This document shows positions 36,193 to 49,500 of a DNA stretch of 54,263 nucleotides, piece after piece. The stretch is from positions 62,001-116,263 of the forward strand of contig CAUYUJ010000254.1 of assembly GCA_963575745.1 (NCBI GenBank). The letters are read 5' to 3'. Position 1 is the stretch's first letter. Every line of letters begins with the position of its first letter. The translations under genes and the position numbers were made by a program. The stretch is from Prorocentrum cordatum (lineage: Eukaryota). The notes beneath the pieces are model-generated. The model was not told the origin of the DNA. It did not search any database and saw nothing but the letters and a program-made list of their open reading frames with translations.

Positions 36193-38585
36193 CGCTTCAG
36201 GGCCCCCCCCCCCGGTCGAAAGCAAGCGAGAAGGCCAAATGATCTCAGCCTCCCAGGGGTGTCCTGGGGAGGCTTCGCAGCCCCATCTTGTGGGCCATAT
36301 TGGGCTGTCTGGGGGCCCTGGAGGTATCTTGGGCTCAGGCGGACCCCCCAGCGAACCCCTCCAGTCATCGCCTGGCGAGGGCACCAGCACGCCCGTCTGT
36401 CCGAGTCGGCCCGAGACGCTCCCAAGGCGGCCGAGGACGACGAGACGAGACGCGACGAGAAGTCGAGACGAGACGATACTAGGCAATACCAGACCAGACG
36501 AGATGAGTGTCAAGCATCGTCGCGCAGGTATTGTTGAGACGTCAGCCAGCTCATGGGCGCAGATCATGACGCTTCGCGTGCCCCCAACAGCCTGTTGAGC
36601 ACATATCGCAGGCGCCTGTGACGAATCACGCCGCCCCCTGCTTTTTGGAAACGCCTGTGTGACCGAACGTTGTGACCCGAGCTCGGCCGCGCTACCGGAT
36701 TTTGCCCCCCCCCCCCCCCCGGCCGTTGTGGGAACCCTTCGTGGAACACTGGGGGGAGAAAGAAGACGAGGACCAAAGGGGGGGGGAAAAGGAGGAGGGT
36801 GAGGAGGATGGCCATTGTAGACCCAAGACGGACTAGGTGGAGGAATCAGAGGAGGAACAGGGTGACCAGTTTAAACCCAAGACGCATCGCAGATGTTGCA
36901 ATGAAACCCCCCTCCAAGTCCTCTCGTCGTATGTCCTTGCAAGAATTTGTTTGCGCTGCTGGAAGTGCCCCGTTGGAGGACAACCGTCGTGGAGTCCTCG
37001 ACCGTGCAAAAACAAAACCATGTCGGAACGCCCATTCTGCGGGGCGTCAGCCGTGATAATCCGTTACGTGGTTGCGAGCTTTGAGACGAAAGTACGCGGC
37101 GCTAAGGCGAGAACCACATTTTGAACAGGAGCCGCCCTCAATCCGATAAGCTCTTTCACACTTTTGAACATACTATGCGCGGCGCTACGGCGAGAACCAC
37201 ATTTTGGAAACCATCCGCCCTCCATCCGCGAAGCGCTTGCGACCTTTCAAGACGACTGTGCGCGGCGCTAAGGCGATATCCATCCTGAAAAGGTGGCCCC
37301 GCGTCCATGTGTTAAAATCTCGCAAACATTTGAAGCGGATGTGCGCGGTGCTAGGGCGAGAGTCACATGTTGAGAACCATCCGCTTCCTTCCTGGTGAAA
37401 CTCTTGAATGTGCGCGGCGCTAAGGCGAGAACCACATGTTGAAAACCATCCCGCCCTTCCATACGTGAAGCGCATGCACACTTTAAAGACGAATGTGCGC
37501 GGTGTTAAGGCGAAAGCAGCATCTTGAACAGGAGCCGCCCTCCATCCGTGAAGCTCTTGTATTTGTTATGCCACATGTGCGCGGCGTTAGGGCGATAACC
37601 ACATTTTGGACGTGAGCCGCGCTCCATCTGTGAAGCTCTTGCCAGTTCGTAAACTTCAGGATCGAAGCGCGGCAAGGAGGTCTTCGGCGAAACGTCAGGG
37701 CCGCCCTTCCGACTGGCCTCGGCGTGCGACAGGGGGGAGTTATGCAGAAGAACAACGGATGGAGGAGGAGCAGGGATAGTGGGTGGGGGAGGAGGGAGGA
37801 GGACGGAGGAGGAATAGGAGGGATGAGGTGGGTTGAGGGGCATGAGGAGGAGAGGAATATGAGGACGGGCAGGAGAGGAGGAGGAGGAGAGGAGGAGGCA
37901 GGGAGGGAGGAGGAGGAGGAGGAGGAGGAGGAGGAGGAGGAGGAGGAGGAGGAGGAGGAGGAGGAGGAGGAGGAGGAGGAGGGGGAGGAGGAGGAGGAGG
38001 AGGAGGAGGAGGAGGAAGAGGAGGTAAGAGGAGGAGAATACAAGGAGGAGGAGGCAGCGAGGAGGAAGGAGGGAGGGGAGGAGGACGGAGGAGGCGGAAG
38101 AGGAGGAGGATGAGGAGGAGGAGGAGACCGAGGGCGAGCAAAAGGGCCAACAGCCTCTTGGATGCCTCTCGGAATATTTTCGGATTTCTTCCAAGAGTTT
38201 CTGGAAATCCTCTTGGGGCGTCTTGGGGGTCTCTTGGCGGTCCCAGGGGCCTCTTGGGGGGTCTTGGGTGCCTCTAGGAGGCTTCCAACGGCCTCTAATG
38301 GGTCTCTTGGGAGCCGTTTGGGGGCATCTTGGGACTTCCTGGGCACTTCTTGGGGGCGCCTTGGGGCACCCTTGAGAGCCTCGGGGGCCATCTTGGGGTC
38401 ATCTTGGAGGGGATCGATCATAAGGAAGGGCTGTAGTACATTCGACACCCGCCCCCAGGAGGCCAACATGTGGCCAAACCCTTAGATCATCACCGATTTT
38501 CTACCATTTCGCCGAGGTCTAAAAAATGCCCTGACACCTCGCGCCACCCCTCCAGACCCAGGCGGAAGAGGTAGGGAGAGGGGTC
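36193..38585 (+). repeat. Diverged copy of the array intergenic spacer with no gene directly upstream
   Basis: Colinear with 47370-49630, starting CGAAAGCAAGCGAGAAG..AAATGATCTCAGCC. Expanded (GGA)n at 37870-38125. Confidence 0.9.
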
Positions 38586-38717
38586 AAGACTCCTTCCCCG
38601 CCCGCAAGCCGTCTCGCTCACTCCCACCCGCCCTCCCGACACATACGTAGCAACCGAGCGTGGCCCGAGGCGCAGCACATTCAGCAGCCGTCTTTGGATG
38701 GGCAGCTGATGGGGGCG

Positions 38718-39064
38718 AATCCGCCGTCGCCGCCGCCGCCTCCGCCGCCGCCGCCGCCCGCCGCCGCCGTTGCTGCTGCGCCGCCGCCGCCGCCGCCGTC
38801 CGCCGCCGCCGCCGCCGCGCCGCACGCCGCCGCCGCCGCCTCCGCCGCCGCCGCGCCGCCGCCGTCGCCCCCCTGGGCCGACGAATCGCCGCCCGCATGC
38901 AGCGCTGCCGCCGCAGCCGCTGCGCCACCGCTGCCGCCGCCGCCCGCACCGCCGCCGCCGCCGCGCCGCCGCCACCGCCGCCGCCACCGCCGCAGCCGCG
39001 CAGCCGCTGCCACCGCCGCGCCGCCGCCGCCGCCGCCGCCAGTTTTTTTTGTTGTTGTTTTTTT

Positions 39065-39109
<45 letters not shown>

Positions 39110-39390
39110 TTTTTTGCAGGATGGTGTGTGGTGTGGTGTGTGTGTGTGTGGTGTGTGTTTGGGGGGGTGCGATCGGAGTCGCTGCGCAAATGCTCAGAAA
39201 TTGGGAGGCATTTTTGTTTTATATATGAAACATAATATATATATTATATATATATATATATATAATATATAATATATATATATATGTATTTTATATATAT
39301 ATAGCTATTATTATTATATTATTATTATTATTGTTATTATTATTGTTATTATTATTATTATTTTTTATTATTATTGTTATTATTATTATA
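38718..39390. repeat. Compound simple-sequence block: (GCC)n, poly-T, (GT)n, (TA)n, (TAT)n
   Basis: (GCC)n at 38720-39040, T-tract at 39043-39115, (TA)n at 39220-39302, (TAT)n at 39306-39390. Confidence 0.95.
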
Positions 39391-39781
39391 TAGGGAGCAA
39401 TGATAAACCCATCCCCGAAGGGGAAGAACGGGGTTCGAAAAGGAAACTCCTTAAACCAGTCACGCACTAATGGGTTGGTTGGAATTAGCACCCTAGGTGT
39501 TTTTTTGGGGACTCTTTGGCCACATTCACCAGTCTTGCAGCGGTCTTGGAGCCTCTGGGAGCATTTTGGAAACCATCTCGAACCATTTTGGTATATCTTG
39601 AGTCATCTTGGAAACCATCTTGGGCTCTCTGAGGCTCTCTTGGCTCATTTTGGACGTTCTGAGGCTCTTCTGGGCCATCTTGTCCAGACCCAGGGGAGGG
39701 CCGAATAAGGGAGACAAGGTGTCGGAAGAGGGAGACAAATTCGTGATAAACCTCCACCCAGAGGGCTGGTGGGCATTATGG

Positions 39782-39803
39782 TTCGTAGCCATTTTGGCTC
39801 AAT
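39782..39803 (+). other. Relict DinoSL, copy 2
   Basis: TTCGTAGCCATTTTGGCTCAAT; 20/22 match. Confidence 0.9.
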
Positions 39804-39863
39804 GGCTTCCCTCCAAGGACACTTTCTTGCGCCAGCCAGCAGCTCCCCACCGCCCGCGGCGCC

Positions 39864-40613
39864 ATGTCGTTCCGCTATGGGGGCTACGGCGGAGGCCTCA
39901 GCGGAGGCGCGGGCGGCATCGGCGGCGCGTGCGGTGTGGGCCGCGGGTATGGCGCCAGCGGCCTGTACGGCGCGGGCGGCGCGTACGGCGCGGGCGGCGC
40001 GCACGGCGCGGGGGGCGCGGACTGCAGCACGGTGTGCTGCGCGAGCGCTACCGCCTGCATGGGCTGCGGCCCCGGTTGCGGCGTGGCCTGTGCCGAGGGC
40101 TCGGGCTGCGGCGGCGGCGGCGGCACAGTTCTGAGCTACGTGGGCCCAGGTGGTGATTACGTCCAGGAGGCCACGTACAAGTACGTGGGCACGGGCGCGG
40201 GCGAGTTCGGGGCGGTCCGCATCCCTGGGCGCGGCCCGAATTTCTGCCTGATCTGCCTCGTGCCCCTGGGACTGTCGATCCTCCTGCTGCCCCTCCTGCT
40301 CTTCGCGATGTCGCCGGGTTCGACGACGACCGCGAGTACTACCACGCCTGTGATCATCACGACCACTCCGCCGCCCGACACCACGACCACGAAGAAAACC
40401 ACCACCACCAAGAAGACCACGACGGCTCCGCCTCCGCCCCCGCCGCCCCCGCCGCCGCCGCCCCCTTCCCCGCCGCCGCCCCCTCCCCCGCCGCTGCTTA
40501 CAGCCGTGCCAAGCGGCAGGCGAGGACGTCAGAACAGAGGGCAACTGATAACGCGGCCCTCCGGGCCAAGTGGATGGCCAAACCCGAGGCGGTGCGGAAG
40601 GCCTTGTCTGTGA
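39864..40613 (+). pseudogene. 3'-truncated gene copy 2 (homology ends at ~40494; the ORF reads on into unrelated DNA to 40613)
   Basis: Matches copy 1 through the polyPro tract, then lacks all three Cys modules. Carries more amino-acid changes than the other copies. Confidence 0.82.
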
Positions 40614-41704
40614 AACGTCAGGAGAGGTACGCCCGCCAACGCGAGGCCGTCAACTCCAGACGCCGCCAACGGCAGGCCGTTCTTAAGCGGCCTTCGGCGG
40701 CGCCCCCCCTCTTGACTAGGGACGGGCGTGCGGGTTCGCCCGTCCGCCCCGTCTCTTGCCTTCGATCCGCTCTGGGGGGGTGCCTCGACCGCCCCTGGCC
40801 CGCTGCCTTCGGTGTCGTCGTCGTTGTCGTCCTGTCCGCCCCTGCGTGGGACTGTCGCGTCTTCTCCTGCGTCGCCGTCGTCGTGTTCGTCGTCGTCGTC
40901 GTCGTCGTCGTCGTCCCTGTCTGGCTCGTCGTCGGGCCCGTCGGCCGGTTCGTCGCCTCGTCCTCCTGCCTCGTCTGGAACCCGGCGCCCTTGGCGGAAA
41001 AGCCGGCGGGGCGTCGCTGCGTGGGGAACCCGGCGCCCTTGGCGGAGAAGCCGGCGGAACGTCGCTGCGTTGGGGGTTCCCCGGGCTTTTACTTTGAATG
41101 TGACCCTTCTCGCGAGAGATCGCCTCCGGGCGTCGCTTCGCTTGGCTGCTAGCCACGGGTGTCATTTGATCCTTCTCCAGGAGGCCCGACGCCCGCGCGG
41201 TGGCCGCAGTTGGGCCCCCGAGGTGCTCATGGCCGCGGGCTGGTGCGCTCGGTGGTCCTCCTCGCCCCCCCCCCCGCGGGTGAGCCGGGGCCGCCGGGCG
41301 GCTGCGGCGGCCGACCCTGCCCCGCGGCAGCGGGGCGCGACGTCTGGATGCCTTCTTAGGCGTCATGGCTCGATCTTTCGGCGACTCGGGGCCATCTTGG
41401 ACCGTCGCGTGGGCCCGTTTGTGCTCTTCTGGCCCATTTTGGGGCCCTCTGCTCCCCCATGGCGCCTTCGGCGGTGGATGGGCCGGGGCCGGGGGGGGGT
41501 CAAATCTTTCGTTTAGGGCCCCTGGGGGGGGGTATGGGGGGGGGGCTATCTCGCGCGCCCAGAGACCCACGATGGGGTTGGCGGATTCAACGCCCGTGTG
41601 ACGGGAAGCGCGTGCGAGGGGAGAGGGGCGCGGGCCGTTTTTCCAAGAGAATTCTTTGTGTGAGGCTCCGCGCTGCACTTCGGCCAAGCGTCGGCGGATG
41701 ACGG

Positions 41705-42290
41705 GAAAGGCCCGTTTCGCTCGAGACATCCTTCGAAAATCGGCCCTGGAGACCCACGATGTTCCCGAGAGAGGTCCACGAGGGCTCCAAGACGGCCTCA
41801 GTTGCTCCCGAGACGGTCCAAGAGGCCCCGAAGACGTCCGAGGGTGGCTCCAATGCGGCCCGAGAGGCTCGGAGCGCGCTCCGACAGCGCCCGGGGAGAA
41901 CGCCGGAGAGGCAAACGTTATCGAATGCCCATGGGAAAATGTACATTTTACCATGTCCGCTTTTTCTTTTGTTACGCGGTCCTGGACACGCCAGGAGGCC
42001 CCCTAAATCGGCCCAGGACGTCCTCAGCGGCCCCCAAGATGGCCGCGAGACCGCCCGAGAGAACCCCCAGACGGCCCAAGACGACCCCCAATCGGCCTTA
42101 GAGAACTCAAGACGGCCCCGAGAGAGCTCCAAGAGGGCCCCCAGAAGCTTCCAAAGAGAGCCCCGGGGAGCCCCCAAGAGAGCTCCAAAACGATCCAAGG
42201 CGTCCAAGACGCTCCGAAACGGCCAAAAAGGGCTCCAAGACGTCCCAAAAAGGGCCCAAAGGGCCCCCAAAAGAACCCCGCGAGACCCCC
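41705..42290 (+). repeat. Inverted copy of the CTCTTGG-family dispersed repeat (CCAAGA units)
   Basis: CCGTTTCGCTCGAGACATCCT..AAAATC at 41712-41740 is the reverse complement of 11855-11885. Confidence 0.8.
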
Positions 42291-42589
42291 GCCGAGGAGG
42301 AGGCGGAGCCTCCGTGGCCAGAGGTAACCCTCTCCGAGTGTCGTTTTGGCACGGCACGCTTGCGCCACCTCGGCGCGGCGGCGATGTTGGCGCGGGCGCT
42401 CCGGGCTAAACGCCCTCTCCGGTGGAGGGCTCGTTTCGGGCCCCGGGGGGCGGAAGCTGGAGAGGGGGGCGACGGCGACGCGGCCATCGCATCCGCAGTT
42501 CCAACGCCAAGGGGTCGACCCGCGCAGAATGCTCACACCAGCGCCCGCGAATGAACAAACATAATCGCTTCCCGTTCTTGTCCCGTCAG

Positions 42590-45319
42590 GTTCCCCACCT
42601 TGACCTTCCAAACGAGGGATGGCTGCCGCCTTATCAGTAGTGCATCCTTTTTCCGTATCTTGTCAGGTGAGCTGCAGCGCCTTCCGCAAGTGCGACGCGA
42701 TGGTCTTCGTGGGCTCTTCGGGGGCCTTCCTGGAGGCCTTCGGGGCCTTTGTGGGCCGATCCAGGAGAGCATCGACGAAAAATCAGCCAGAGGGTGAAAC
42801 ATCGGCTCTGGGTGCTGTCTTTGGGCGCCGTTGGGGGCGTTCGGGGCCGTCTTGGAGCCCTTCCGGGTCCGTCATCGGGCACCCTTCGGTCTTTTTGGGG
42901 CTATGTTGACGCTTCAGGAGCCCATAGTAACGAAAGCAAGCGAGAAGTCAAATGATCTCGGCCGCCCAGGGGTATCCTGGGGAGGCTTCGCAGCCCCTTC
43001 GAGGCTTCTTCGCCATGTTGACCCATCTTGTGTGCCATCGTGGGCTGTCTGGGGACCCTGGAGGTATCTTCGGCTCAGGCGGACCTCCTGACACATCAGA
43101 CCCCCGTTCCAGACCCAGGAAAGAGTGCAACCGCAGGCGAACCCTTCCAGTCATCGCCTGGCGAGAATACCAGCATGTCCGTCTGTCCGAGTCGACCCGA
43201 GACGCTCTCGAGACGGCCGAGGACGACGAGACAAAACGCGACGAGACAAGTCGAGACGAGACGATACCAGGCAAGACCAGACCAGACGCTCGGCCACGCT
43301 GCCGGAGTCTGTCCCCCCCAGCCGTTGTGGGAACCCTTCGTGGAACACTGGTGGGAGGAAGGAGACGAGGACCAAAGGGAGGAAAAAGGAAGAGGATGAC
43401 CACTGTAAGCCCAAGACGGACCGGGTGGCGGAAGAATATGAGGAACAGGGTGACCAGTAAACACCCAAGACGCATCACAGATGTTGCAATGAACCGTCCC
43501 TTCAAGTCCCCTCTTCGTATGTCCTTACAAGAATTTGTTTACTCTGCTGTAAGTGCCCCGTTGGACGTCAACCGTCTTGGAGTCCTCGGCCGTGCAAAAA
43601 GCAAAACCATGTCGGAACACCATTATGCGGGACGTCAGCCATGATAATCCGTTGCGCGGTTGTGAATTTTTGAAACGTATGTGCGCGGCGCCAAGGCGAG
43701 AGCCACATTTTGAACATGAGCCGCCGTCAATCCGATAAGCTCATGCACGCTTTTGAGAATAATATGCGCGGCGCTAATTTCGGCGAGAGCCACATTTTGG
43801 AAACCATCCGCTTTCCACCCGTGAAACGCTTGTGACCTTTCAAGACGATTGTGCGCGGCGTTACGGCGAGATCCATTATGGAAATACGGCCCAGCGTCCA
43901 TCTGTTAGATTCTCGCAAACTTTTGAGACGGATGTGCGCGATGCTAGGGCGACAGCCACATGTTGAAAACCATCCGCTTCCCTCCTGGTGAAACTCCGGA
44001 ATGTGCGCGATGTTAAGGCGAGAACCATTTGTTGAAAACCACCCGCCCTCCATGCGTGAAACGCATTTACACTTTAAAGACGAATGTGCGCGGTGTTAAG
44101 GCGAGACCAACATTTTGAAACGGAGCCGCCCTCCATCCGTGAATCTCTTGCATTTGTTATGCCACATGTGCGCGGCGCTAAGGCGAGAGCCGCATTTTGG
44201 AAATGACCCGTTCTCCATCTGCTAAGCTTTTGCCAGTTCGTAAGGTTCAGGATCGAAACGTGGCAAGGAGGTCTTCGGCGAAACGTCAGGGCCGCCCTTC
44301 CGACTGGCCTCGGGGTGCGACAGGGAGGAGTTATGTATAAGAAATTCGAATGGAGGAGGAGTAGGGATAATGGGAAGGGGGAGGAGGGAGGAGGACGGAG
44401 GAGGAATAGGCGGATGAGGGGGTTGAGGGGCATGAGGAGGAAGATGAGGAGGAGGAGGAGGAAGAGGAGGAGGAGGAGGATAAGTAGGAGGAGGAGGATG
44501 CAGAGGGCGAGCAGAAAAACCAGCAGCCTCTTGGATGCCCCTCGGAATCTCATCGGATTTCTTCCAAGAGCTTCTTGGAGTCCTCTTTGGGCGTCTTGGG
44601 GGTCTCTTGGCGGTCCCAAGGGCCTCTTGGGGCGTCTTGGGTGCCTCTGGGAGGCTTCCAAGGGCCTCCAAAGGGTCTTTTGGGAACCGCTTGGGGGCAT
44701 CTTGGGGGACTGTTGGGACTTCCTGGGCACCTCTTGGGGACGTCTTGGGGCACCCTTGAGAGCCTCGGGGGCCACCTTGGGGTTGTAGTACATTGGCACA
44801 CGCCCCCCGGAGGCCAACATGTGGCCCAACCCTTAGTAACATCACTGATTCTGGCCCTTCTCGCCGAGGCCCAAAATGATGCTCTGACACCTCGCGCCCC
44901 CCCCCTCGTCCAGCCCCAGGAGGAGGAGGTAGGGGGATGGGTAAACCCATCCCCGAAGGGGAAGAAGGGGGTCCGAAGAGGAAACTCCTTAAACCACTCA
45001 CGCCCTAAAGGGTTGGTGGGTGTGGCATCCTGGGTGTCTTCTTGGGGGGCTCCGTGGCCACATTGGCCCGTCTTGAAGCGGTATTGGAGCCCCTTGAAGA
45101 CTTTTGGAAGCCATCTTGAGCCATTTCGGGACATCTTGAACCATCTTGGAAGCCATCTTGGGCTCTCTGAGGCTCTGTTGGGCCATCTTGGACGTTCTGA
45201 CCGCTCGCGGCCCCCCCTGTCCAGACCCAGGGGAGGGCCGAACAGGGGAAGGAGGGTGTCGGAAGAGGGAAACAAATTTGACACACAACCTCCACCCAGA
45301 GGGCTGGTGGGCATTCTGG
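42590..45319 (+). repeat. Intergenic spacer preceding gene copy 3
   Basis: Colinear with 52197-54263 and 47240-50007. Confidence 0.92.
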
Positions 45320-45341
45320 TCTGTAGCCATTTGGGCTCAAG
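45320..45341 (+). other. Relict DinoSL, copy 3
   Basis: TCTGTAGCCATTTGGGCTCAAG; 20/22 match. Confidence 0.9.
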
Positions 45342-45403
45342 GGCTTCCTTCCAAGGACGTACCTCCCTGCGTCGGCCAGCAGCTCCCCAGCGCCCGCGGC
45401 GCC

Positions 45404-46514
45404 ATGTCGCTCCGCTATGGGAGCTACGGCGGAGGCCTCAGCGGAGGCGCGGGCGGCCTCGGCGGCGCGTACGGAGCGGGCCGCGGGTATGGCGCCAGCG
45501 GCCTGTACGGCGCGGGCGGCGCGTACGGCGCGGGCGGCGCGCGTGGCGCGGGGGGTGCGGACTGCGGCACGGCGTGCTGCGCAAGCACCACCGCCTGCAT
45601 GGGCTGCGGCCCCGGCTGCGGCGTGGCCTGTGCCGAGGGCTCGGGCTGCGGCGGCGGCGGCGGCACGATTCTGAGCTACGTGGGCCCAGGGGGCGACTAC
45701 GTCCAGGAGACCACGTACAAGTACGTGGGCATGGGCGCGGGCGAGTTCGGGGCGGTCCGCATCCCTGGGCGCGGCCCGAACTTCTGCCTGATCTGCCTCG
45801 TGCCCCTGGGACTGTCGCTCCTCCTGCTGCCCCTCCTGCTCTTCGCGATGTCGCCGGGCTCGACGACGACCACGACTACTACCACACCCGTGATCATCAC
45901 GACCACTCCGCCGCCCGACACCACGACCACGGAAGAAGACCACCACCACCAAGAAGACCACGACGGCCCCGCCTCCGCCCCCGCCGCCCCCGCCGCCGCC
46001 GCCCCCGCCCCCGCCGCCGCCCCCTCCCCCGCCGCCCACGACCACGGAGAAAAAGATCAATTGCGGCGAGGGCGATGTCGTGTCCTGGGACGTGCCCAAG
46101 AAGGTATATTGCTGCCTGCACGAGGGCAAGGGCTGCCCGACGACCCCGGCCGCTCCCAGCACCATGCCGGCACCGGTCGTGCCGGTAGTGCCAGTGGTAA
46201 CCACGTCCCCATGCCCGATTGATTGCAACGCTGGTTACAACGACCTCGACCCGCTGCAGTGGGTCCGCGGCTGGTCCGGCGAGAAGAAGTTGTTCTGCTG
46301 CAAGACCGCGAACAAGGGCTGCCCGTCGGAGCTGCCCCCACCCTCCGGGGCGCCGCCTTCCAACGCACCCCCGGAACCGGACAACAGCGTGTACGACTGC
46401 GACGCGGGCTACCACCACTGCATGCATTGTCTCGAGCTGTCGTGGTCTCCCAAGAAGATCGGCTACTGCTGCGAGAACTTCCACAAGGGCTGCAAGGGCG
46501 AGGAGCCGGAGTGA
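45404..46514 (+). pseudogene. Gene copy 3 with a single +1 frameshift (extra G at 45931-45932); true pseudogene or sequencing error
   Basis: ACCACGGAAGAAGACC here versus ACCACGAAGAAGACC in copy 4. Otherwise nearly identical to copies 1 and 4 through to the TGA at 46512-46514. Confidence 0.8.
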
Positions 46515-49500
46515 GAAGCCCCTCCAGCGCGCCTCCGCCGATCGGGGCCCGGGTGCAGGTGTCCCCTTTTTTTGGTTTGGAGCCCGCCAGGCGGGTTGGC
46601 AAAGCTACACCCGCCCGCGGGCGGCTTCCGCGCCTCTCCTCGCTCCCTCCTGCCTCCCTCCCTCCTCACATCACTCGTGGGCAGAAAACAGAACATCCGT
46701 ATCCACGGCCTCGCGGGCCGGGCCCACGGGCCGTGACCCCTATGGAAACCGGATGTTTTTTCATGGCTCCACCGTCTCCCTCCAGCAGAAGGTGCGTCCC
46801 ACGCCGGGCGGGTTGGCAAAGCTACACTCGCCGCGGCCCTGCATGCCATGGGGCTCCCTCGCACGTGCACCGGAGCGGGCATGCTTCCTCGGGCGGCCGC
46901 ACGGCCAGCGAGCTGTTCCAACAGAAACGAAGACAAGTCATGTTAGTCAGCGTGGGCCCCAAAGAGTGAATTATTGCACTGAGGGAGGTGAATCATCTGC
47001 TGTGTAAGTAATATGCGTGTGGTGTCAGCTATGTGGTGGAGGCTACGCAGTGTACGCTGTGTGGTGTAATCAGCAGAGCTCAGTCGTGAAAGCTATGTGC
47101 TGTTAGCAACCTGGTGTGAGCTATGCAATGCGATGCAATGCAAGCTGTGTGGTGCAAGCTTCGTGGTGTTCAGCGCACGGGGCGCCCACGGAGCGCCCAC
47201 GAGCGGGCACGGGCGCGAAACCTCGGGAAACCCACCCAGCGTCCTGGAGGCCTTCGGGGCCTTTGTGGGCCGATCCGTCTTTGGGCGCCGTTGGTGGCTT
47301 TCGGGGCCGTCTTGGAGCCCTTCTGGGCGCGTCATGGGGCACCCTTCGGTCTTTTTGGGGTTGTGTTGACGCTTCAGGAGCCCAGTAGTAGCGAAAGCAA
47401 GCGAGAAGTCAAATGATCTCAGCCTCCCAGGGGTATCCTGGGGAGGCTTCGCAGCCCCTTCGAGGCTCCTTCGCCATGTTGACCCATCTTGTGGGCCATC
47501 TTGGGCTGTCTGGGGACCCTGGAGGTATCTTGGGCTCAGGCGGACCTCCTGACACATCAGACCCCCGCTCCAGACCCAGGAAAGAATGTAACCGCAGGCG
47601 AACCCCTCCAGTCATCGCCTGGCGAGGGTACCAGCGTGCCCGTCTGTCCGAGTCGGCCCAAGACGCTCCCAAGACGGCCGAGGACGACGAGACAAGACGC
47701 GACGAGACAAGTCGAGACGAGACGATACCAGGCAAGACCAGACCAGACGAGATGAGCATCAAGGATCGTCGCGCAGGTATTGTTGAGACGTCAGCCAGCT
47801 CATGGGCACAGCTCTTGACGCTTCGCGTGCCCCCAACAGCCTGTTGAGCACATATCGCAGACGCCTATGACGAATCACCGCCGCCCCCTGCTTTTTGGAA
47901 GCGCCTGTGTGACCGAACGTTGTGACCAGAGCTCGGCCACGCTACCGGACTTTGTCCCCCCCCCCCCCCACACCCGTTGTGGGAACCCTTCGGGGAACAC
48001 TGGGGGTAGGAAGAAGACGAGGACCAAAGGGAGGAAAAAGGAGAAGGAGGAGGACCATTGTAAACCCAAGACGGACCAGGTGGAGGAAGAAGAGGAGGAA
48101 CAGGGTGACCAGTTTACACCCAAGACGCATCACAGATGTTGCAATGAACCCTCCCTCCAAGTCCCCTCTTCGTATGTCCTTACAAGAATTTGTTTACTCT
48201 GCTGTAAGTGCCCCGTTGGAAGTCAACCGTCTTGGAGTCCTCGGCCGTGCAAAAAGCAAAACCATGTCGGAACACCATTATGCGGGACGTCAACCATGAT
48301 AATCCGTTACGTGGTTGTGAACTTTTGAGACGAATGTGTGCGGCGCGAAGGCGAGAGTCATATTTTGAACACGAGCCGCCCTCAGTCCGATAAGCTCTTG
48401 CACACCTTTGAGAATAATATGCGCGGCGCTACGGCGAGAGCCACATTTTGGAAACCATCCGCCTTCCACCCGTGAAACGCTTGCGACTTTTCAAAACGAC
48501 TGTGCGCGGCGTTACGGCGAGATCCATTATGAAAAGACGGCCCAGCGTCCATCTGTTAGAATCTCGCAAACTTTTGAGACGAATGTGCGCGGTGCCAGGG
48601 CGAGAGTTACAGGTGGAAAACCACCCGAGAACCATATGTTGAAAGCCACCCGCCCTCCATGCGTGAAACGCATGCACACTTTGAAGACGAATGTGCGCGG
48701 TGGTAAGGCGAGGACAACATTTTGAAAAGGAGCCGCCCGCCATCCGTGAAGCTCTTGCATTTGTTATGCCACATGTGCGCGGCGCTAAGGCGAGAGCCAC
48801 ATTTTGGAAGCGACCCACCCTCCATCTGTGAAGCCCTTGCCAGTTCGTAAGCTTCAGGATCGAAGCGTGGCAAGGAGGTCTTCGGCGAAACGCCAGGGCC
48901 GACTGGCCTCGGGAGGCGTTATGTATAAGAAAAACGAATGGAGGAGGAATATGGAGAATGGGAGGGGGAGGAGGGAGGAGGATGGAGGAGGAATAGGCGG
49001 TTGAGGGGGTTGAGGAGCATGAGGAGGAGGAGGAAGATGAGGAGGAGGAAGAGGAGGAGGAGGAGGAGGAGAAGGAGGAGGAGGAAAAGGAGGAGCAGGA
49101 GGAGGAGGAGAGGTAGGAGGAGGAGGAGGAGGAGAAGGAGGAGGAGGAGGAGGAGCAGGAGGAGGAGGATGCAGAGGGCGAGCAGAAAAGCCAGCAGCCT
49201 CTTGGATGCCTCTCGGAATCTCTTCGGATTTCTTCCAAGAGCTTCTTGGAGTCCCCTTTGGGCGTCTTGGGGGTCTCTTGGCGGTCCCAGGGGCCTCTCG
49301 GGGCGTCTTGGGTGCCTCTGGGAGGCTTCCAAGGGCCTCTAAGGGGTCTCTTGGGAGCCGCTTGGGGGCATCTTGGGGGACTTTTGGGACTTCCTGGGCA
49401 CCTCTTGGGGACGTCTTGGGGCACCCTTGAGAGCCTCGGGGGCCATCTTGGGGTCATCTGGGAGGAGATCGATCAAAGGAGGGGCTGTAGTACATTAGGC

